Shown here: positions 27,240 through 41,794 of the stretch, piece by piece
Position numbering within the stretch: the first letter of the stretch is position 1
How the letters are laid out: the number at the start of each line of letters is the position of its first letter
The notes under the pieces: model-generated
Told to the model about the DNA's origin: nothing
Seen by the model: only the letters and a program-made list of their open reading frames with translations
Database searches by the model: none
Assembly: GCF_009914755.1 (NCBI RefSeq)
Contig: NC_060929.1
Length of the DNA: 64,000 nt
Source: the human T2T-CHM13v2.0 reference genome, Homo sapiens
Strand: one strand, 5' to 3'
Program-made: the position numbers and the translations under genes

Positions 27240-29180
27240 CTTCAATTCAACTAAATATTTCTTGCAAGCCTTCAGTCTGCCAAGAACTGTGCTGTACACT
27301 ATGGATACAAACATAACTGATGTACAGTTCAGACCTTCAAGGAGTTTTAACCTGGCAATGTAGCCTGATGTATGTACAAAGGCCCATAATACCAGGTGGA
27401 ATGAACTCTAAAAGATATATGGATAAAATGGCATGAGAGTCTAAGAGAAAGCAGTTAATTGTGCTGAGAGTCAGAAGACAGGTGAATGCTGGTGAATTGG
27501 GATGACATGCAGAAGGAAAGAATCCAGCATGCATATAGACATGAATGAACTCTATGTGATTGATTCTGGATGTGGTAGTGGTCAGGCATAACCATAAATC
27601 AGGAAGCAAGAGGGAAAACCATAAGATGAAGTTAGGTGGGGGCTAGATTATCAAGAATATTGAATGTCATACTAAGTCACTGTATCTCTATACTGTAGAT
27701 AATACAGAGTCATTAAAAGTTTTGTTTTTGAATAAGGGGTAAATGACATGATCTGATATTAATTTTACAAAGATGAATTTTAGAACAGGATGGGAGATAA
27801 TGAAAGCAGAGAATCAAAGTAGAATGCATTTGTGATATAGTAAACAAGAAAAACTGGAGAAAACCCAAGCTGAGGAATATATTGGAGGTAGAATTGACAG
27901 GATTCTATCTGTAACCATTACATGTTTTGCAAGAAAAACTTGTGAATCATTACATGTGAGGTGAAAAGGATTGAGGGCCAGGGAAGTCTAGCTGACTCCA
28001 AGTTTTTTGCCTTGTGCAGGTGGGTTGATGCCTATGATACGTAGGAATAAGTGCACAAATGGAGAAGCCCATTTGGGATGTAGGACACAACGTGTACCAT
28101 ACTGGGCATGTTGATTCTGAGGGTCCCTATAATTTAAGCAGAGGTAGTAGGCAACCTGGGTGAGGAGTTTAGGAGAGGATATGATTGGGCCTTTCACATA
28201 GAGTTGGGAGGCATCATTCTTATACAAGTAACAGATGAAGCATGGAAATAGGTAGTTTCTCTTAATTAAAAGTATAAAATAGAAGCAAAGCAGATTAAAA
28301 AATTTGAATATATCTGTTTCAAGCAGTGGTTCTCAACATGTGGGCCTCTTAGACTAGCAGCATCAGAATCAAAATGCAAATTATCAGGCCCTACCCGAGA
28401 CTTAGTGAACCAGAAACTTTTGGTTGGAATCTAGCAACCTATGTTCCAGGTGCTTCTGATGTACCCTAAAGTTTACTATATTGGGAGAAAAATAGGAACC
28501 ATTAAAGAAAAAGTCTGAGAAATAGGCAGGAGTGTGATGTCACAGACTCATTCACAGACATAATTTCAGGTATGGTCAGGGTCAGATACTGCAGAAATTT
28601 CAAGTGTTGAACGGACTGATTCAACTATGCATTGGAAACATTACAAGGGTAATTTTCCATTAAAAATTCAGGAGTAATAAGATCATAGCTGGTGGTGGTA
28701 GATTGAAGTCAAGATAACAGAATGGAAATGTAGGCTACTTACTCAAGAAGATTTTTAAAGAGGTAAGATGTTTATGTGTTGATGACAATTTTTAAAGAAT
28801 ATGGGTGACCAAGGAAAGTTTGGGGATTTGTTTGAAGCAAAAAATTTGAATATGATCTTGTGTTAAGGGAAAGTAGGATAATAATTGATGAAACAAGGTT
28901 CTGAAGGAGTAATTGGATAGAAGAGGATGGGATGAAGATCACATACTGAGAGACTAGAGAAATGGTGGAGGCAGGCCTCCTTTTGAAAAAGGAGATGAGA
29001 CTTAGAAAACATAAGGTTAAGTTTGTAGCGGGAAAGGAGACAACTTGAGGGAGTTCATGCCAACAAAACTGTTCCCAAGGAAGCAACAGGAGAGGCCATT
29101 TTCTTTGAGTGAGAGCTGGCAAGACTAGGAGAACTTGAGAGTGGTCATGGTTTGAAAAAGTTCTGTGGGAGTGGGAACAT
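27240..29180 (-). mobile_element. L2 (long decayed copy, interrupted by MER5A)
   Basis: Antisense L2 3' end (ttcaactaaatatttc) and body motifs (ggaggtagaattgacagga, tgactccaagtttttt). Confidence 0.65.
28324..28480. mobile_element. MER5A (hAT-Charlie)
   Basis: cagtggttctcaa...gcagcatcagaatc...aatgcaaattatcaggccctaccc...caggtgcttctgatg. Confidence 0.78.
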
Positions 29181-32100
29181 TGGAGGGAGCCCAATGACCT
29201 GTCAACCCCAAAAGGCCTCAGTTTCCTCTTCTTGCTCAGTTCTTAGGTTTTTGTACATTTCTCAAGATGTAATATGTCAACATATTCTTAATGCCCCACC
29301 TTGTGGCCTGGCAGAAAGTAAGGTATTTATTTTTCTTGAGAAACTCACCCAACTCTGGCACAGTTTTGATATCAAACTCAGGTCAGCTGAGTGGATAACA
29401 CCAGCACTCAACTGGCTCAATTCACACCAGCCAACCTAATTAAGAAGAAACTAAAGACTGTTGTTTGTGGGCTTAAAAAGACAAACTAATGGGGTGAATT
29501 AATTAATTTTGAGGATCAAACGTTCGGAAATAATGATAATAATGCATGAGTGTTACGATTTGCATTTATCCTGCAGATAAGTTTTCTGGTATTTGCACAG
29601 GCATGAAATGAATTAGGTAAATGCATTTTCCAGATCTTCCCATTGTTTTAAAGCATATAATAGCATTTCAATTTATATAGTCTAGACTTGTTATCTCATA
29701 CTGCTATTAAGCCATCAAACTCACAGAATTTCCCAAGCCACAGATTTCCCTTTTGGCCATTTTCACTCACCAGTTCTGTCCCAACAAACAAAGTGTACAT
29801 TACTCATAGATTTGAGACATGAGTAGAGAGTGAAGTTAATATTGTTGGATGACTCTACAAATATGAAAAAGAATTATATTCTATTTATTAATTTCTTAGA
29901 AGTAATCCAGGCTACCATTTGTAAATGCTCCAAATAACTGAGGTCTTTGACCAGAGATAGCTTAACTTTTGGGAACTTGCTCTTTCAGCCCTATTACAGA
30001 CAGAAGTCTGGAGGACCAAATCATTCAGTTAGAAAAGGAAACTTCTCAGAAAGCATATGCTCCTCTTTACTTCCAGTCATTAAAAAAGATCCCCCAGCTT
30101 TCAAGTTCATGAATAGAATCTGGAAAGCGAAAATATCAGATGGTTAGATGTGCCTATTAGTGCATCTCCTAAAGCCTAATCAAAAACTAAGATGGTTGTG
30201 GGCATGAATAAAATGTGGAAAGATTTGGGAAGTGGTGAAGGGCATAACAATGGAGTAGACAGGATATGTGCTTTGAATTTACCTCATGGAATTAAGGAGC
30301 TTGCAGAAATCAATCATTGTTCCTATTTAATTGAATTCCTTTTTAATTGAGTATCTAGAATAAGTACTGAATAACTATCTGCATATGAACTTCTACTTGG
30401 AGTAAAAAGTCAAAGTTTTTGCCTTTAATTTTATGTTGTAAAGTTTTTCTTATTTCTGTAATATTTTCTGTTCCAAGTATTAAATTTATTATAGGTTAAA
30501 AAACACTTTTTTGTAGAACTAGGAATGGTGAAAATCTTTGTTCACTGGAGACTTACTATCTTTAAATTGTAAAATCCCCCAAACTACTTAACAATACCAA
30601 TAGTAAAAATTCCCAAATGCCAACATTTATTTTATTCTTTGTCTTCTGCTTCTAAATCCAATATCTGTGATTGTATACAGAATGTTTCCCTCAAAAATAC
30701 CTTTATAACAATTTCTTTGGGATGAAAAGAGAGCTATAAGGTTTAACTGAAGTAATAACATTTTTGAAATGAAAGATGCCACTCGGTTCATCATTTTATA
30801 CAAACATATTCTTGTTATATCAAATTCAAACTACAAAAATATGGAAAGCTAATAGTGCAAGTTTTCCTTTACCTTTCCTTAAACATACTTCTGTCTGGAG
30901 GTCATCACTACATCAGTGAATGTTTCCTTCTAGAACCTTCCTTATGCATTAGTTTTCTTTGGTTTGATAATACTGTACTACAGAGAGTTGTAGGCTGCTC
31001 TCTCTGTGCCTAGAATACAGAAAAATAAAAAAAGATAAAATATTTAGATGGACCAGTAAAAATCTGAAGACAAGAAAGAGTTTCCAAAGCCCAAAAAATA
31101 ATTGAAGCCTTAACATTTTATTACATAGCCTTATCAGTATCAGCTTAATGGTGCAAATATTTTGTACATTTGTGATCACTTACCACAAATACCACATAAA
31201 TGAACAAACATATGTAATGTGCTCTTGGAATTTACATTCTATATGAAGACTTAATGTGTAGTGTCTTCAAAATTATGAATAAATAATTTTTGAAATAATG
31301 AAAAAATTCTAAGGCTTTTGAGAGACTATTGTGTCAGTAAATTGACCATTTAAATTTTCCAAGTGATGTCAGAATTAAAATTTGTGGAAGACTGCCCTCT
31401 AATGGATAAATAAGTATTTGATATGTTCTACAAAAAGAAAAAGGGTGCTTGAAAGACACACAAATCAAATTGCTATCCTAATGCTAGTATCTTATAGTGT
31501 CGTTTATGTTAGCATACATTTACAATAAAGCAGAGAGATTTTTTTGGAGTCCATACCATACCCTAACTGTTTATATTAAAGGTCATTCAGGGTCAATTTT
31601 TGCACAGCATAAAACATCCCTTTAATATGAATCTTGTATTTGTCTTCATGGGAATCATCATAAAACTTGGCAAAATCACCAGACAGCCTATATAATTATT
31701 GACAGTCCTGCAGAGATGGTGTCATTTCAAACACTGCCGATTATTTCTCACAGCTGAGAGTAAAAGTGGCAAATAATCCAATTACTTAAAGAAATAATTC
31801 AATACTATATGTTCTCTGCACCTAAAATACTTTTTAATGATCATCATACTAGGGTCTTCTTCATAGTTATGCAATGCAATTCTGTTCTTATCCCCGTTGT
31901 TGTTGAGCCCACCATCATAATATCTTACAAGCACACTACCAGTAAAGAGAGGAACAAATAGATATAAATGAGGTTGGAGTATGAGAATGGCAGAGTGAGA
32001 CAAATGTTTAGACTTCAATGTTTCACACATTATGTAATATGTAAAATGACCCCTAGCTTAAAAAGAGGCTTTCTACTCTCACTGTCCCTTACCCTTAACT

Positions 32101-32279
32101 TATAAATGAAACTATTTTTTCCTTGGTAAATTGAGAAAAGTTCAATCCACCTTTGTGATGTTCTGTTTCAAAAGTCACTTAAACTCCCTTCCTTTATTCT
32201 TTATCTTTACAAGTGGGACAATGATGTTTGTCCTCTACTTGACCTCAAATATTGTGATAAAAAGAGATATTCTGTTTGC

Positions 32280-32408
32280 TTTTGACCACTAAACTCTGGC
32301 CATGAGTTCCTTGAGAACAGGGGCTGAGGCATCTCATCATTCTATGCCTGTTTTAGTGCAGTGCTTAGAGTGTTATAGACCATCTAAATATTTAGCGAGT
32401 TAATGAAC
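32280..32408 (+). mobile_element. L2 3' end
   Basis: tgagttccttgagaacagggg...taaatatttagcgagttaatgaa. Confidence 0.6.
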
Positions 32409-32423
32409 ATCCACCTTAGTATC

Positions 32424-35400
32424 TCTATTGGTTTTCTAGGGCTGCCTTAGTAAAGTACAGAGGTGAAGTGGAGCAAGATGGCAGAATAGCAAGCTCCTTT
32501 GATGGCCATCCGCACAAATGTCTACACAGAAAAAGCACCTTCACAAGAACCAAAAATCAGGTGAGCACTCATAGTACCTGGTTTTAACTTCATATCACTG
32601 AAAGATGCTCTGCAGATAGAAAAAACAGTCCTGAATTGGTGATGCCACCCCTCCCCCACCCCGCCAGCAGCTGTATGGTGCAGAGAGCATCTCTGGATGC
32701 TGGGAGAGTGAGAACACAGCAATTGTGAGGCACTGAACTCAGTGTTGTTCTGTTACAGCAGAAAGAAAAATCAGAGCTAACTCAGGTGACGCCCACCCAC
32801 AGAGGGATAATTAACAGCAGCCCTAGCCAGAAGGGAATCGTGGATCCCAGTGGTCTCAACTTGAGTGCCTGCAAACCTTGCCACCAAGAGCTATAGCACA
32901 TTGTGTCTCCAACTAAACTTGAAAGGCTAGGCCATAAGGACTGCAACTCTAGGGCAAGTCCTAGTGCTGAACTAGGACCAGAGACAGTGAACTGGGGGTG
33001 CATGCGACATACTGCGACACCAGCTGGGGCAGTCAAGGGAGTGTTGGCATCATTCCTCCTTTAATCCCAGGCTGCATAGCTTGTGGCTCCAAAAGAGACC
33101 CCTTCCTTTCACTTCAGGAGAGGAGTGGGAAGAGTTGGGAGGACTTTTTCTTACATCTAGGATACCAGGTCAGCCATAGCAGGATAGGGCATCAATCAGA
33201 GTTGTGAGGCCGACGTTCGAGGCCCAGCTCCCAGGTGACATTTCTAGACACACTCTGGGCCAGAAGGGAAGGGCCCTGTCCTGGGAGTATTCATCGCCTG
33301 CTAACTGCATCTTGTGGTTTGAATGCCAGCTTAGCAGCAGCACAATAGAACACAAGGTGGACTTCTAAGTGTTTTGACTCTAGTCCCTGACTCCCAGACA
33401 GCACTGCTGGACCCATCCAGGGCCTGGGGGACCTCTCCATCCTGAAGGGAAGGACACAAACCTGGCTGGCTTTGCCACCTGCTGATTGTAGAGCCCCAGG
33501 GCCTTGAGTAAACATAGGCAGTAGTCAGGGAGTGGTTACAGCAGGCCTTGGGTGACACCCAGTGCTGTGCTGGCTTCAGGTTTGACCCAGCACAGTCATA
33601 GTAATGGTGGTCACAGGGGTGCTTGTGTCACTCCACCCCCAGCTTTAGGTGGCTCAGAACAGAGAAAAAGTCGCTGTATGTTTGGGAGAAAGTAAAAAAA
33701 CAGAACAAGAGTTTGTGCCTGATAATCCAGATCATCAAGGTGGTACCTCTATGAGTCTGCAAGAACCACAGTGTTAGTGGGCTTGGGTGCCCCCTAAAGT
33801 AGATAAAGCTTAGATTATAACACTCGAGTCCTTCTGAATATCTAGAAAGTCTCCCTAAGAAGGACAGCTACAAATCAGCCCTGACAGTGAAGACTACAAT
33901 AAATGCCTAACTCTTCTATGCCCAGACACTGAAGAACATCTGCTAGCATCAAAGCCATCCAGGAAAACATGGCCTCACCAAATGAACTAAATAATGCATT
34001 AGGGACCAATCCTGGAGAAACAGAGTTATGTGACATTTAAGTCACATAATTCAAAACAGCTGTTTTGAGGAAACTCAAAGAAATTCAAGATAACCTAGAG
34101 AAGGAATTCAGAACTCTATCAGATAAGTTTAACAAAGACATTAAAATAATTATAAAGAATTAAAAATTCTGGAGCTGAAAAATGCAATTGGCTTACTGAA
34201 GAATGCATCAGAGTTCTTTACAGCAGAATTGATCAAGTAGAAGAAAGAATTAGCGAACTTGAAGACAGGCTATTTGAAAATACACAGCCAGAGGAGATGG
34301 AAGAAAAAAGAATAAAAAATCAAAACAAAGCACACCTACGGGATCTGGAAAATAGCCTCAAAAGCGCAAATCTAAGAGTTACTGGCCTCAAAAAGGAGGC
34401 AGAGAAAGAGTTAGGGGTAGAAAAATTATTCAAAGGGATAATAATAGAGAGCTTCTAAAATCTAAAGAAAGATATCAATATCCAAATACAAGAAAGTTGT
34501 AGAAGACCAAGTGGATGTAACCCAAAAAGACTACTGCAAGGCATTTAATAATCAAACTCCCAAAGGTCAAGGATAAAGAAAAAATCCTAAAAGTAGGAAG
34601 AGAAAATAAACAAGTAATGTATAATGGAGAGCCAAAGCATCTGGCAGGAGACTTTTTAGTGAAAACCGTACAGGCCAGAAAGAGAGTGATATGGCATATT
34701 TAATGCTGAAAAAAAAATAACTTTTACCCTAGAATGGTATAACTGGTAAAAATATTCTTAAAATATGAAGTCTTATCCTTGATTAAGACTTTCCCAGACA
34801 AACAAAAGCTGAGAGATTTCATCAATGCCAGGCCTGTCGTACAAGAAATGTTAAGGAGATTACTTCAATCAGAAAGAAAAGAACATTAATGAGCAATAAA
34901 TAATCACCTGAAAGTGCGAAACTCACTGGTAAATAGTAAATACACAGAAAAACAGAATATTATAACACTGTAACTTTAGTGTGTAAACTACTCTTATCCT
35001 AAGTAGAAAGACTAATGATGAACCAATCAAAAATAGCAACTACAACAATTTTTTGAGACATAGCCAGTACAATAAGATATAAATAGAAACAACAAAAAGT
35101 TAAAAAGCACAGGGACAAAGTTAAGTCATAGAGTTCTTGTTAGTTTTCTTTTTGCTTTTTTGTTTGTTTATCCCAACAGTGTTAAGTTGTTATCAGGTTA
35201 AAATAATGGATTATAAGATAGTATTTGCAAGCCTCATGGTAACCTCAAACAAAAAAAATACAATGAATACACAAAAAATAAAAAGCAATTAATGAAAGTA
35301 TATCACCAGAGGAAGTCACCTTCACTAGAGTAAGACAGGAAGGAAAGAAACAAGGAAGAGAAGACGATAAGACAACCAGAAAACAAATAACAAAATGGCA

Positions 35401-38400
35401 GGAATAAGTTCTTACTCATCAATTATAACATTGAATATAAATGGACTAAACTCTCCAATCAAATGACATAGACTGGTTGAATGGGTGAAAAACCAAGACC
35501 CATTGATCTGTTGCCTATTAGAAGCAGACTTCACCTATAAAGACACTAATAGACTGAAAATAAAGGGACATAAAAAGATATTCCATGCCAATGAAGCCAA
35601 AAAAGAGCAGGAGTCAGTATACTTATATCAGACAAAATGTATTTCAAGACAACCACCATGAGAAGGGACAAAGAAGGTCTCTATATAATGATAAAGGGGT
35701 CAATTCAGCAAGAGGATGTAACAAGTTTAAACAAATATATTTATATATATGCACTCACCATGGGAACATCCAGATATATAAAGGAAATATTATTAGAGAG
35801 AGATTCCAGTATCTCCATAAGATAGATGTTGGAGACTTCAACACCCCATTTTGAACCTTGGACAGATCTTCCAGACAGAAAATAAACAAAGAAACATCAG
35901 ATTTAATCTGCGCTATAGACCAAATGGATCTAGTAGATATTTACAGAAAATTTCATTGAAGACCTGCAGAATACACATTATTTTCTTCAGCACATGGATC
36001 ATTCTCAAGGACGGACCATATGTTAGTTTACAAAACAAGTCTTAAGACATTCAAAACGTTGAAATAATATCCAACATTATCTCTGACCACAATAGAATAA
36101 AATTAGAAATTAGTAACAAGCAAAATTTTGGAAACTTTACAAAGTTACGGAAATTAAACAATATGTTCCTGAATGACCAGTGGGTCAATGAAGAAATTAA
36201 CAAGGAAATAGAAAGTTTCTTTAAGCAAATGATAATGGAAACACAACATACCAAATCTATGGGATACAGCCAAAGAAGTACTAAGGGAAGTTTATAGCTA
36301 TAAGTGCCTACATCAAAAAAGAGAAAAAACTTCAAATGAACAATCTAATGATGCATCTTAAAGAACAAGAAAAGAAAGAACAAACCAAACAAATTAGGAT
36401 AATAAATGAAATAGTAAAGATCAGAGCAGAAATAACTGAAATTGAAATAAAAAAAAAAAAGATCAATGAAACAAAAAGTTGGTTTTTTGAAAAGACGAAC
36501 AAAATTGACCAACCTTTAGCCAGACTAACTAAGAAAAAATGACAGAAGCTCCAAATAAATGAAATCAGAAATAAAAAAAGAGACATTACAAGTGATACTG
36601 TGGAAATTCAAAGGATCATTAGTGGCTACTATGAGCAACTATATGCCAATAAATCAGAAAATCCAGAATAAATGGACAAATTCCTAGATCCATACAACCT
36701 ACCAAGATTGAATCAGGAAGAAATCCAAAACCTGAACAGACCAATAACAAGTAACAAGATCAAAGCCATAATGAAAAGTCTCCTTAGTAAAAAAAACCCT
36801 GGACCTGATGGCTTCATGGCTGAATTTTACCAAAAATTTAAAGATGACTTAATACCAATTCTACTGAAACTATTCCAAAAAACAAATGAGGAGGGAATAC
36901 TTCCAAAGTCATTCTACAAGGCCAGTATTACCCTAATTCCAAAACCAGACAAAGACATATCAAAAATAGAAAACTACAGGCCAGTATCACTGATAATTAT
37001 TGATGCAAAAATCCTCAACAAAGTACTAGCAAAACAAATTCAACAATACATTAGAAAGATCATTCATCATGCCCAAGTGGAATTTATCCCTGGAATGCAA
37101 GGATGGTTCAACATATGCACATCAATCAATGTGATACATTATGTCAACAAAATGAAAAATAAAAACCATATTATCACTTCAATTGGTGCTGAAAAATCAT
37201 TTGATAAAATTCACCATCCTTCATGATAAAAATCCTCAAAAAAACTGAATATAGAAGAAACATACCTCAATATAATAAAAGCCATATATGACCCATCCAC
37301 AGCTAGTATCATATTGAATGAGGACAAACTGAAAGCCTTTCCTCTAAGATCTGGAACAGAACAAGGATGGCCCACTGTCACCACTATTATTCAACACAGT
37401 ACTGAAAATCCTACCTAGAGCAATCAGACAAGAGAAAGATATAAAGGGCATCCAAATTGGAGATAACAAAGTCAAATTATCCTTGTTTGCAGATGATATG
37501 ATCTCATATTTGGAAAAACTTAAAGACTCCACAGGAAAACTATTAGAACTGATAAACAAATCAGTAAATTTGCAGGGTACAAAATCAACATACAAAACTT
37601 AGTAGCATTTTTATAAGCCAACACTGAACAATGTGAAAAAGAAATAAAAAATAGTCATACATAAAATAAAATATCTATGAATGAAATTAATCTAGGAAGT
37701 GAAAGATCTCTACAATGGAAACGATAGAACACTGATGAAAGAAATTGAATAGGACACACAAAAAATAGAAAAATATTCCATGTTCATGGATTGGAAGAAT
37801 TGATATTGTTAAAATGTCCATATTACCCAAAGCAATCTACAAATTCAATTCAATCCCTATCAAAATACCAATGATATTCTTCACACAAATAGCAAAAAAG
37901 TTTATATGGAACCACAAAAGACTCAGAGTAGCCAAAGCTATCCCCAGAAAAAAGAACAAAACTGGAGGAATCATATTGCCTGACTTCAAATTATACTACA
38001 GAGCTATAGTAAACAAGACAGCATGATACTGGCATAAAAAAAAGACACATAGACCAATGCAACAGAATAGAGAACCCAGAAACAAATCCACACACCTACA
38101 GCAAACTCATTTTTCACAAAGGTGCCAAGAACATACACTGGGGAAAACACAGTGTCTTCAATAAATGGTGCTGAGAAAAGTGGATATCCATATGCGGAAG
38201 AATGAAACTAGACCCCTATCTTTCACCATATACAAAAATCAAATCAAAATGGGTTAAAGACTTAAATCTAAGACCTCAAACTACAAAGCAACTAAAAGAA
38301 AACATTGGGGAAAAATCTCCAGGACATTAGTCTGAGGAAAGATTTTCTTGAGCATTAACCCACAAGCACAGACAACCAAAGCAAAAATGGACAAATGGGA

Positions 38401-40000
38401 TTACACCAAGTTAAAAATCTTCTGCACAGCAAAGGAAACAATGAACAAAGTGAAGAGATAACCCACAGAATGGGAGAAAATATTTACAAACTACCCATCT
38501 GACAAGGGATTAATAACCAGAATATATAATGAACTCAAACAACTCTATAGGAAAAAGTCTAATAATCCAATCAAAAAATGGTCAGAAGATTTGAATAGCC
38601 ATTTCTCAAAAAAAAAAAAAAAAAAAGACATACATATGGCAAACAGGCATGTAAAAAAGTTCTCAGCATCAATGATCATCAGAGAAATGCATATCAAAAG
38701 TACAATGAGATATCATCTCACCCCAGTTAAAATGGCTTATATCCAAAAGACAGGCAATAACTCATGCTGGCAAGGATGTGGAGAAAAGGGAACCCTTATA
38801 CACAATTGGTAGGAATCTAAATTAGTACAACCACTATGGAAAACAGTTTGGAGGTTCCTCAAAAAACTAAAAGTTGAACTATCATGTGATCCAGCAATCC
38901 CACAGCTGGGTATATACCCAAAAGAAAGGAAATCAGTATATCTAAGAGATAGCTGAACTCCTATGCTTGTTGCAGCACTGTTCACAATAGTTAAGATTTG
39001 GAAGCAACCTAAGTGTCCATCAACAGATGAACGGATAAAAAAAGGTGGTACTTAACACACCATGGAGTACTATTCAGGCATAAAAAAGAATGAGATCCAG
39101 TCATTTGCAACAACATGGATGCAACTAGAGATCATTATGTTAAGTGAAATAAGTCAGACACAGAAAGACAAATAGTACATGTTCTCACTTATTTGTGGGA
39201 TCTAAAAATCAAAACAACTGATGTCATGGACATAGAGAGTAGAAGTATGGTTACCAGAGGTGGGGAAGGATAGTGGGGGATTGGAGGGAGGGAGGTTGGG
39301 ATGGTTAATTGGTACAAAAAAATAGAAAAAATGAATAAGACCTACTACTTGATAGCACAATTGGGTGACTATAGTCAATAATAACTAAAGCGTATATTTT
39401 AAAATAACTTACAGAGTGTAATTGGATTGTTTGTAACTCAAAGGATAAATGCTCGAGGGGATAGATACCCCATTCTCCGTTATGCGCTTACTTCACATTG
39501 CATGCTTGTATCAAAACATCTCATGTGCCCCATAAATATACACACCTACTATGTACCCATAAAAATTGTAAAAATTAAAAAAGAAAATTTTTTAAAAGTA
39601 CAGAAAACTGGTAGCTTCAACAACAGAAAATCATTGTCTTGCAGTTCTGGAGGCTAGAAGTTCGAAATCAAGTTGTCGGTAGTGTTGGTTCCTTACGGAG
39701 ACTGTGTAAAAAGGATCTGTTCCAGATCTCTCTTATTAACTTGTAGATGGCCATTTTCTTCCTGTGCTCTTCACATCATCTCTCCTCTGTACATGTCTGT
39801 TTCTGTGTCTAAATTTCCCCTTTTGATTAGGATAACAATCATATTGGATTAGAAGCCCACCCTACTCCAGTATAATCTCACTTTAACTTAACTGATTATG
39901 TCTACGATTACCCTATTTCCAAATGAGGTAACATTCAGAGGTACTGGGGGTTATGACTTCAACATATGAGGTTTTAGGGAACACAATTCAACCCATAATA
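32424..40000 (-). mobile_element. MLT1B-like MaLR solo LTR split by the full-length L1 (pieces 32424-32461 and 39595-40000)
   Basis: tattggttttctagggctgcc resumes as ...gttctggaggctagaagttc...caattcaacccataata; 5-bp TSD gtatc at 32419-32423 and 40001-40005. Confidence 0.88.
32462..39594 (+). mobile_element. Full-length decayed LINE-1 (L1MA1-like), about 7.1 kb
   Basis: 5' UTR ggagcaagatggcagaatag; ORF1 relic about 33918-34889; ORF2 ATG at 35395; RT motif LFADDM at 37483-37500; L1MA1-type 3' UTR; 10-bp TSD aaagtacaga (32452-32461, 39595-39604); many stops and frameshifts. Confidence 0.95.
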
Positions 40001-40833
40001 GTATCCATTTTAAGAACAAATTACCAATCAGCAAGAAACCTAGGCTCTAAATAGGACCTGGTTCATAATATAATGCTACATATTTTTGGTAAGATCTAAA
40101 TTCCCCAAAGAAAGACACTTAACCCTATAAATAGATGTTCATGGTGATCTCCCTTTCTCTTTCATTCTTGTCACTATTCCTTTCTCTCTACTCTGTTCTC
40201 TTTAAATAGACTACCCTCCAGCAAATATGAGGGATGTTACATATGCAGGCTAGACCAAAACTCAGGTTTCTCTAGCATTGTTTTGTCTGGCCCAATAAAT
40301 TTATTTTTCCTGCTCTGCTATAGACCACATACAAGGTCCTTTAATAATACCAAACAATAGCTTGATAGAAGTACATATACCTATTTTTTAAAAATGTACA
40401 AATAAAATAATTGTATGTGAAAGTTCTCACCTGCTTTCCCCACCCCAATCAATCAAACCGTAAGTTGACAGTCTCTAAAAACTGAAGCAGAAGGAAAGAA
40501 TGCAACATTTCTTTTGCTTTGGATCACATCTACCTCTTTGTTCAGGATGTATACTTTGACTTGAACCATTCATTATGTATTTTTGTTCCCGACCTTGATT
40601 ATACACTTCAGATGTGAAATTGTTCACAGATGGCTCAGTGATGGTCTTTTGTTACTTATCTAGGGAAAAATATTTTGCATCTTTGCATGAATATCTAATA
40701 AGAAAAGAAATTATCTGTACACTAGGAAAGATTAATGGATCGGGGCAATGTAAATCTACTGAGGATATTCTGATAGTGAGCCTGGTCCAAAATATTTGAT
40801 CAGTGAAACCATAATATTTCGATTTCTTTGCAG

Positions 40834-40919
40834 CCTGTTTTGTGCAACTTCCAAGTCAAGATTATGAACATTTTCAGACTTTTTGCAAGACAGAATTCAA
40901 TGGATTAACAATCAGCCTT
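40834..40919 (+). other. Candidate 86-nt exon
   Basis: Acceptor tttcgatttctttgcag ends at 40833; donor gtaagt at 40920; one frame open (CFVQLPSQDYEHFQTFCKTEFNGLTISL). Confidence 0.3.
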
Positions 40920-41407
40920 GTAAGTATGTATCTCAATAGGTACATGAGTTCCTGTTGATTAAAATTTCAATTTAACATACATAAACTCTTCAATCAAATG
41001 CTTGAGGTATAAGTGGAGAAGCTGTATTAAGTCTAAGTGTTTAAAGTTTTTTGTGTATATATATCCAAATTAGGAAACCTTTCTCCTTTCTCTTCAGGTG
41101 TTCAGCACTCTTCTCTTGTCTATTCATCAAATCTTACCCTTAGAGAAATATCTAAAACTCATTTATATATATATTCAAGTGTGTCTGATAACATCTTATA
41201 GTGTTACAACTTTCAAGGAGCATTGTAATTGTTATTATTATTATCATTGTTAGGTGTTTAATCTTTAACATATGGCACTAAAACTGTGCAGTGGGATTTC
41301 AGGCATCTGTAATATATTTGAGGGCACAAATTTAAAAAAATAGAAGAGACAATTTTTCTGCATCATTGAAGACCTGTGTTAGTAAAATCCATCTTTACTA
41401 CCTAAGG

Positions 41408-41667
41408 CAGACTTTCCAACTAACAATTTGTGAACCATTAGATTGTCATGAAATTGATTTAGTGGGCTGCAACTAGTAATTTCTTAAACAAAATAGGACA
41501 GAACTCAGTTTAGAAGACTAAGGTAGAAAACACCAGATCTTGTGTGTATATGTACATATTATCGAACCAAAAGCTTAATTTAAAATACTGCTATTAATAC
41601 TGAGTCTCTGTATAAAGTGTGTATTTTACTGGGTGTCGTTGTGGAAAACAGGTGAAAGGCACTGGTA
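41408..41667. mobile_element. Old hAT-Charlie-like relic (MER113-like)
   Basis: ccattagattgtcatgaaattgatttagtgggctgcaactag; terminal tgaaaggcactg. Confidence 0.4.
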
Positions 41668-41794
41668 GGTGGAAGATGCAGTTCTATTTAGACAATACTA
41701 TAAAAGACATTCATAAGAAATACCTTAGGATTCCATCTAAGGACTGGCAACTCTCCTGTCAATTTCAAAAGAAAATTTTCCATATTTCTAATAT

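Noticed and set aside
35395-39205. Functional reverse transcriptase system
   Set aside because: L1 ORF2 is broken by many stops and frameshifts; the longest open piece is 184 aa.
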